Below, in pieces: positions 58,601 through 64,000 of a stretch of DNA of 64,000 bases; the first letter of the stretch is position 1; each line of letters opens with the position of its first letter. The notes under the pieces are model-generated. The model worked only from the letters and a program-made list of their open reading frames with translations. It had not been told where the DNA came from and did no database searches. The stretch is from Syntrophomonas sp. (GTDB taxonomy: Bacteria > Bacillota > Syntrophomonadia > Syntrophomonadales > Syntrophomonadaceae), in NCBI GenBank assembly GCA_016841425.1, contig JAENZE010000015.1, forward strand, positions 14,032 to 78,031, written 5' to 3'. A program made the translations under genes and the position numbers.

Positions 58601-59749
58601 ATGTCTTTCTCTTTATATGATACATTCTTAAAAATATGGAACACTTCGGGTTTTCCAGCCATGACCTGGCAGCAGCTGCTGATGATCTGTGTAGCGGTGG
58701 TCCTGATTTATATGGCCATCGTCAAAAAGTATGAACCCTTGTTGCTATTGCCTATTGCGTTTGGGGTGCTGCTGGCTAACCTGCCTATGGCTGACCTGAT
58801 GGCGCCGCCGCCTGATGACCATTCCGCACCAGGTGGACTTCTTTATTACATTTATCAAGGAGTAAAGCTAGGTATTTATCCTTCTCTGATATTCCTGGGA
58901 ATTGGAGCCATGACGGATTTCGGCCCCCTGCTGGCAAGGCCCTCCAGTTTATTTCTGGGAGCCGCGGCACAGATGGGTATTTACATCGCCTTTATAGTTG
59001 CGATCCTGCTGGGCTTTAATCCTCAGGAGGCTGCATCTATTGGGATTATCGGCGGTGCTGACGGTCCGACTGCAATCTACCTTACCACCAAGCTGGCACC
59101 CGAATTGCTCCCGGCCATTGCTATCGCAGCATATTCCTATATGGCCCTGATACCTTTGATTCAACCGCCTATCATGAGGCTTCTCACTACCCAAAAGGAA
59201 AGGGAAGTGGAGATGGTACAGCTCAGAGAAGTGTCCCAGGTTGAAAAAATCGTATTTCCTATACTGGTAACTATCGTGGTCTGTTTGATGCTTCCCTCAG
59301 TTGCACCGCTGATTGGTATGCTGATGCTGGGCAATCTCTTCCGGGAATGCGGTGTCGTGGAAAGGCTTAATAATACCGTGCAAAACGCACTGATCAACAT
59401 CGTAACTATCTTCCTTGGAACAACCGTGGGGGCTACCGCTGTTGCAGAAACATTCTTGAGGCCGGAGACCATTAAGATTGTGGCTTTGGGACTGATGGCG
59501 TTTATAGTCAGCACTATGGGCGGTTTGCTGTTAGGCAAGCTCATGTACTTGCTGTCTGGAGGAAAAGTGAATCCTCTCATCGGTTCCGCAGGTGTTTCTG
59601 CCGTTCCTATGGCTGCCAGAGTATCACAGTCGGAGGGGCAAAAAGCCAATCCGGACAACTTCCTGCTCATGCATGCGATGGGACCCAATGTCGCAGGGGT
59701 TATCGGATCGGCAGTGGCTGCAGGGTTCCTTATGGCCATGTTTGGGTAA
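58601..59749 (+). CDS. oadB: sodium ion-translocating decarboxylase beta subunit
   Basis: Polytopic protein with the conserved GADGPT and AYSYMAL blocks of OadB/GcdB/MmdB. Confidence 0.9.
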   Translation: MSFSLYDTFLKIWNTSGFPAMTWQQLLMICVAVVLIYMAIVKKYEPLLLLPIAFGVLLANLPMADLMAPPPDDHSAPGGLLYYIYQGVKLGIYPSLIFLGIGAMTDFGPLLARPSSLFLGAAAQMGIYIAFIVAILLGFNPQEAASIGIIGGADGPTAIYLTTKLAPELLPAIAIAAYSYMALIPLIQPPIMRLLTTQKEREVEMVQLREVSQVEKIVFPILVTIVVCLMLPSVAPLIGMLMLGNLFRECGVVERLNNTVQNALINIVTIFLGTTVGATAVAETFLRPETIKIVALGLMAFIVSTMGGLLLGKLMYLLSGGKVNPLIGSAGVSAVPMAARVSQSEGQKANPDNFLLMHAMGPNVAGVIGSAVAAGFLMAMFG

Positions 59750-59786
59750 TACAAGCTGGTAATTCTGCAAAAATAAATAATGCAAA

Positions 59787-59824
59787 GAGCAGGAGGACGG
59801 GAACCCTGTCCTCCTGCTCCTTTG
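59787..59824 (+). terminator. rho-independent terminator of the decarboxylase operon
   Basis: GAGCAGGAGGACGGG / CCTGTCCTCCTGCTC stem followed by CTTTG. Confidence 0.7.
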
Positions 59825-59986
59825 ACTATCAATGGAACAACAGAATAGCAGGTGGGAATTACATTCTTGCATATGCAATACAAGAACTCGTCCTCTAACT
59901 AGAAACTATAGTACAATTATAGAAGAAGGTTCGCAGGTCTGAATTTATGATAGTCATAGAGACAATAAAGTAAAGGATAGTGAAGT

Positions 59987-60796
59987 TTGAATATATCAGA
60001 CAAGGACTATATGTATAATATTGAACAAGGTAGAGATTTGGAATTTAGCAGAAGCATCATAGAAGGTGTGGAAATCAAGCTGTGCAGAAATAACCCCCAT
60101 GTTTATAAGCCTCATGTTCATAATGAACTTTCATTAGGGTATATCGTAGAAGGATCCACTGACTTAACACTGAACGACAGGACTATCCATTATAGATCAG
60201 GTGACGGTGTCATTATACCACCATTAATGACTCACAGATGTGCGCCGAATGATATTAATCAGTGGGCATATGTTATGTTATTTGTTGATTCCGCTTACTA
60301 CAGTAATTTAGTAAGTTTCAGTCAAGCAAAAAAGTTGCCAGGCAATCAAACCCGGAAATTAATAGGCTTTATTGAACAACTGTTAATAGAAAAGATTCCA
60401 GACACATTGGAAAATATACTTATTGAATTGTTGCTGGAGTTTGGAGATAAAGGCATTACAGAGACTACTGCGGCAAACAGTGATATCATCAACAAGATTC
60501 ATGATTATATATTAAATCACGTGAATGAAGATATAACATTAGATAAGCTTCAGCAAATATCAGGTTTAAATAAATTTTCGATAATCAGGAATTTTAGAAA
60601 ATTATATATAACCACACCTGCTGCATACCACTTACAGTATCGGGTTGCTGAAGCAAAAAGATTATTAAGTAAAGGGGCAGATGTACTTGATATTTGTCAA
60701 GAATTAAGATTTTATGATCAGGCCCATTTAATTCGGGAATTTAAAAAAATGTATGGAATTACGCCAGGGATATATATAGAGCAATTAAAGAGATAG
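59987..60796 (+). CDS. AraC-family transcriptional regulator (cupin sensor plus HTH)
   Basis: Cupin-like N-terminus and a C-terminal double HTH (ICQELRFYDQAHLIREFKKMYGITP). The start is uncertain (TTG 59987 or ATG 60011). Confidence 0.85.
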   Translation: MNISDKDYMYNIEQGRDLEFSRSIIEGVEIKLCRNNPHVYKPHVHNELSLGYIVEGSTDLTLNDRTIHYRSGDGVIIPPLMTHRCAPNDINQWAYVMLFVDSAYYSNLVSFSQAKKLPGNQTRKLIGFIEQLLIEKIPDTLENILIELLLEFGDKGITETTAANSDIINKIHDYILNHVNEDITLDKLQQISGLNKFSIIRNFRKLYITTPAAYHLQYRVAEAKRLLSKGADVLDICQELRFYDQAHLIREFKKMYGITPGIYIEQLKR

Positions 60797-60866
60797 TGTC
60801 AATTTTATACAATACAGATCCTTATCATTTAGCTAATCTGAGCTTAGCAAAGATAAGGAGTTGTAT

Positions 60867-61748
60867 ATGAATAGAATTAAAATAGTGCTTGTTATGGTTA
60901 TTTGGGGGAGCCTGGGCGTATTTACTCGATCCATTCCATTGTCTGCTTTAAGTCTGGCATTCCTAAGGGCATTCATTGCATTGCCGGTCCTTTTTACTGC
61001 AATGAAAATGAAAAAAACAAATAAAGTGAAGTGGCAGCTTTTAATGCCTTATTTTATTTCAGGCGTATTACTGGGTTTCGGTTGGTTAACTTTGTTCTAT
61101 GGGTTCAAGCATACGAGTATCTCATCTGCTGTTATCATCTATAATATGTGCCCGGTATATGTAATGATATTTGCACCGCTGATATTGAAAGAGAGTATCT
61201 CTAAGATTCAAATTGCAGTGATTTTCATCTCATTTGTTGGGCTCTTTCTAATTGTTAGCCAGAGTTTATCAGAAGGCTACGGAAACTTGGGGTTGATACT
61301 GAGTGCTATTTCAGGGATGCTTTATGCAGCCATTGTGCTTATTAACCGCAGCATAAAAATCAGGGCGGATAATCAAACAGCAACCTTTGTGCAAATATTT
61401 ACGGCGATGATTGTATTGCTGCCATTTGTATTGATTGATGGAAATATTTTTAAGGTTGTACACCTGGATGCCATGGCTATTACATTTATCATTCTATTGG
61501 GTGTATTGCATACAGGTGCAGCCTATACCATATTCTTTTCCCTTTATGAACATATGAAATCTGTTGAAATAGTGTCCTATAGTTTTCTAGAGCCTTTATT
61601 CGGTATTTTATTCAGTGTGATTTTTGTCGGAGAGATATTAACATTTCCCCAAATTATTGGCGGGATTTTAATATTGGGTTCGACCTATATTGGGCAAATG
61701 ATGAAGGATAGAAAAATATCTCAAGAAAAAGATTCCATTCAGATATGA
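60867..61748 (+). CDS. EamA/DMT-family transporter
   Basis: 10 TM segments with two EamA repeats. ATG follows AAGGAG. Confidence 0.8.
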   Translation: MNRIKIVLVMVIWGSLGVFTRSIPLSALSLAFLRAFIALPVLFTAMKMKKTNKVKWQLLMPYFISGVLLGFGWLTLFYGFKHTSISSAVIIYNMCPVYVMIFAPLILKESISKIQIAVIFISFVGLFLIVSQSLSEGYGNLGLILSAISGMLYAAIVLINRSIKIRADNQTATFVQIFTAMIVLLPFVLIDGNIFKVVHLDAMAITFIILLGVLHTGAAYTIFFSLYEHMKSVEIVSYSFLEPLFGILFSVIFVGEILTFPQIIGGILILGSTYIGQMMKDRKISQEKDSIQI

Positions 61749-61827
61749 GGGTAAACGTCAAAAGAAGTTTTTATTGTTTATAATATCTTAGGTGGATTTG
61801 AAAACAAGATAGTAAGGATGAGTAGTT

Positions 61828-62289
61828 ATGGATGAAATAAAAATTATTGAATGGGATGATAAATACAGTAAAGATTTTGTGTCGCTTTCTATCGAATGGC
61901 TTGAAAAATATGTTTCCGTTGAGCCTTCGGATTTGGAAATATTATATCATCCTCATGCTGTTATTCTGGATAAAGAAGGTAATATATTTTTTGCAAAACG
62001 TGCAGACAGAGTTATTGGTACTGTTGCGATGATTAAGTTTGATGCTGATACCTTCGAGTTAGCAAAGCTGGCTGTTACAGAAGAATTTAAAGGCCTAAAA
62101 ATTGGTGAGATGCTTATGAAAAAGTGCATACAGTTTGCAAAGGAAAATGATGCAAAAAAGATAATACTCTATACTAATCATAAATTGATACCAGCTATTG
62201 GCTTGTATAAAAAATATGGGTTTAAAGAGGTGGTTCTTAAACATAATAAATATTTGGAGTCAGATATGAAAATGGAACTTGTTCTCTGA
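61828..62289 (+). CDS. GNAT-family N-acetyltransferase
   Basis: Acetyl-CoA-binding motif (FKGLKIGEMLMKK) and a C-terminal YKKYGF. Confidence 0.8.
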   Translation: MDEIKIIEWDDKYSKDFVSLSIEWLEKYVSVEPSDLEILYHPHAVILDKEGNIFFAKRADRVIGTVAMIKFDADTFELAKLAVTEEFKGLKIGEMLMKKCIQFAKENDAKKIILYTNHKLIPAIGLYKKYGFKEVVLKHNKYLESDMKMELVL

Positions 62290-62300
62290 AAGAAAATATA

Positions 62301-62458
62301 AAACCAAAGGGGACGGTTTGCCCCTGGTTTATTAACTAATATTGTTACCCTGAGCTGTCTTGCAAAATCAAGAATTTGCAGTTCCATCCCGAACTTGTGT
62401 GATCCATAACCAACAAATACAACCAGTGGCCAAACCACAAGAACCGTCCCCTTGGTTT
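62301..62458. repeat. MITE-like unit bounded by 17/18-nt inverted repeats
   Basis: AAACCAAAGGGGACGGTT (62301-62318) and AACCGTCCCCTTGGTTT (62442-62458) are reverse complements apart from one extra A. There is no credible ORF between them. Confidence 0.6.
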
Positions 62459-62750
62459 GGGTTTGACAAGTCACAAAGAATTCTATATCATAACTATACA
62501 ATATCATATTTATTTATGACGACAATAGCACACCATCCGAAAGGTTGGGCCGCAAAGTCATGGGTCTAAAGCTGTTTGCTATGATTGCCAGACTGCCGAA
62601 ACATAGATGAAATCCTTTAACAAGCATCTATGATTCAGAACCTGCTTGTTTTTTGTTTTCCATTTGTAAAAACAAAGCATGTTGCCGCATTTATAGCATT
62701 ACCGAGCAAATAGGCCTCATAAGCACGTATTTAGTTTATGGAGGTGTATC

Positions 62751-63551
62751 ATGAAAAGATGCTTGCTAAATGTAATTGTATCAATGGTAGTAGTGGCAGT
62801 ATGTCTTGTTTTGTCGCCACTATACGCCCTGGCGCATACTTCGCACGATGTATCGCCTGATAAGGTAACGTTGCGTTCGAGTTTTCGATGGGGTCACATT
62901 TCAGGAATGTCTTATGAGAAAATTAGCATGCGAAAAAATCAGGAGGAATTATTAGCTATTTATAATAAGAGTTGGAGAAATGACAGTGAGAGGAGAGAAT
63001 ATAAGCGCTCTTTTCAGCAAGAATTTATAGATCCACTTTTAAAGCTCGGATATACTGATGAAAAGTATGCATTAGTCTTTGGGTCTTTGGATAATGATGT
63101 GTATCAGAGCAATACAGAAGCATCCGCAAATATGGTTAACATCACCATCGATGTTTGGCAGCTAGGTGCGGCCGGAGAAAAATATCAAGCTCAGCGCAGC
63201 TTAACGGTAAATAGGGCCATTGCCGACAGAGTTCAAGCAGTATTCAAGGAAATATTCGAAGGCCCAGAGCAATTCCCTATTTATTGTGCTCAAGGGTATG
63301 CCTGGCGCCCGGAAAACACCTCTGAGCATAGATGGGGTCTGGCGATTGATATTAACCCTAATGAAAATTATATGGTGACCAATAGTGGGGCGATTGTTGC
63401 GGGCTCCTTCTGGGATCCGGATAAGAGCCCATATTCCATACCGGTGGAAGGTGATGTAGTCACCGCGTTTAATAAATATGGTTTTACCTGGGGAGGAAAT
63501 GCCTGGAGGTCGGCAAATGATTATATGCATTTTTCTTATCTGGGAAGGTAA
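62751..63551 (+). CDS. secreted M15-family (VanY/D-Ala-D-Ala carboxypeptidase-like) metallopeptidase
   Basis: Signal peptide, plus zinc ligands in SEHRWGLAIDINP and FTWGG...DYMHFSY. Confidence 0.8.
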   Translation: MKRCLLNVIVSMVVVAVCLVLSPLYALAHTSHDVSPDKVTLRSSFRWGHISGMSYEKISMRKNQEELLAIYNKSWRNDSERREYKRSFQQEFIDPLLKLGYTDEKYALVFGSLDNDVYQSNTEASANMVNITIDVWQLGAAGEKYQAQRSLTVNRAIADRVQAVFKEIFEGPEQFPIYCAQGYAWRPENTSEHRWGLAIDINPNENYMVTNSGAIVAGSFWDPDKSPYSIPVEGDVVTAFNKYGFTWGGNAWRSANDYMHFSYLGR

Positions 63552-63629
63552 CAGAAACGATACTTACACTGATGGTGAGTCTATCGCCCATTTGTAAAGA
63601 GTTGGGCTTTATATGATATAAACGACATA

Positions 63630-63658
63630 GGAGAGGGGTAAACCCTCTCTTATTTTTG
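63630..63658 (+). terminator. rho-independent terminator after the M15 peptidase gene
   Basis: GAGAGGG, GTAAA loop, CCCTCTC, followed by TTATTTTT. Confidence 0.6.
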
Positions 63659-63701
63659 CTGACACTCTATTTCGGCTTGAATATTATTGCCGGTATTAAT
63701 G

Positions 63702-64000
63702 CTAAATCGTAATTTTTGCCCGTTCCCGCATGAAAGCGATCTCGCGATCGATGTCGCCTTGAATTTCGGCGATGCGCTGAGTTGCATCAGGGCCTTTAAG
63801 CAGGCGGTTGAAGCGACCTTGCTTCATTACGTATTCATCCACCGGGGCAGGGTCTTTTTTGCCGCTGATGATATGTGAGCTGGGGTTATTAAAGCTGATC
63901 TTGCCATTTTCCGCTTCCCATAACAGCCAGGCACCGCTGCGCACAGCCATACGGCTCATCTGCACGGTTTCAGGCATATCAAACTGCCAGCCCAAATAGC
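63702..64000 (-). CDS. 2-oxoacid:ferredoxin oxidoreductase beta (ThDP-binding) subunit, C-terminal part only; the gene continues past the window end
   Basis: RMAVRSGAWLLWEAENGK ... PVDEYVMKQGRFNRL matches the conserved PorB/VorB C-terminus. The frame is open to nt 64000. Confidence 0.7.
   Translation of the reverse strand, partial: YLGWQFDMPETVQMSRMAVRSGAWLLWEAENGKISFNNPSSHIISGKKDPAPVDEYVMKQGRFNRLLKGPDATQRIAEIQGDIDREIAFMRERAKITI

Noticed and set aside
59161-59883. 240-aa minus-strand ORF antisense to oadB (also 57792-58154 and 57814-58257, antisense to oadG/BCCP).
   Set aside because: These are shadow ORFs opposite strongly supported genes, with no start context or family resemblance.
62381-62394. 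GTTCCATCCCGAAC, reminiscent of the conserved loop of 5S rRNA.
   Set aside because: The flanking sequence is AT-rich and cannot form the 5S helices. No 16S or 23S context is present, and the motif lies inside the MITE-like unit.

Overview
This looks like a chromosomal segment from a spore-forming, anaerobic Firmicute (Clostridia-like). The clues are GGAGG-type ribosome-binding sites, sleB, nfnAB, a copper-amine-oxidase-N-domain protein, sigma-54 promoters and a sodium-pumping decarboxylase. GC content is moderate to low by eye. I found no rRNA, tRNA or CRISPR array.

Contents in order:
- 1-10 kb: a 5'-truncated Lon-like protease, a chemoreceptor, several small Cys-rich or metal-binding proteins and a diguanylate cyclase.
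- 10-15 kb: DUF89, manC, a phosphomannomutase and a GT4 glycosyltransferase.
- 15.2-15.5 kb: a transposase relic.
- 15.7-20 kb: a PHP phosphoesterase followed by a three-gene ABC importer.
- 20.2-23.8 kb, minus strand: a 1187-aa protein fusing a GT-A-like N-terminus to a GH130 phosphorylase-like C-terminus.
- About 23.9 kb: a 32-bp perfect palindrome.
- 24-30 kb: sleB, an ABC-ATPase relic and nfnAB.
- 30.8-50.3 kb: a sigma-54 island. Two operons sit behind 21-nt-identical -24/-12 promoters on either side of a CBS-PAS-PAS enhancer-binding protein. One carries acyl-CoA, PrpD-family and MFS genes. The other is a rearranged acetoin/2-oxoacid-dehydrogenase-type complex with an embedded alcohol dehydrogenase and crotonase, followed by lplA.
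- 51-56 kb: an ORF-poor stretch with gene relics.
- 56.4-59.7 kb: oadA-G-BCCP-B.
- 60-64 kb: an AraC regulator, an EamA transporter, a GNAT acetyltransferase, an M15 peptidase and a partial 2-oxoacid:ferredoxin oxidoreductase beta subunit.

The best candidates for new biology are the sigma-54 catabolic island, whose substrate is unknown, and the mannose-nucleotide / GT4 / giant GT-GH130 module. All family assignments come from motifs read by eye and need HMM or BLAST confirmation.
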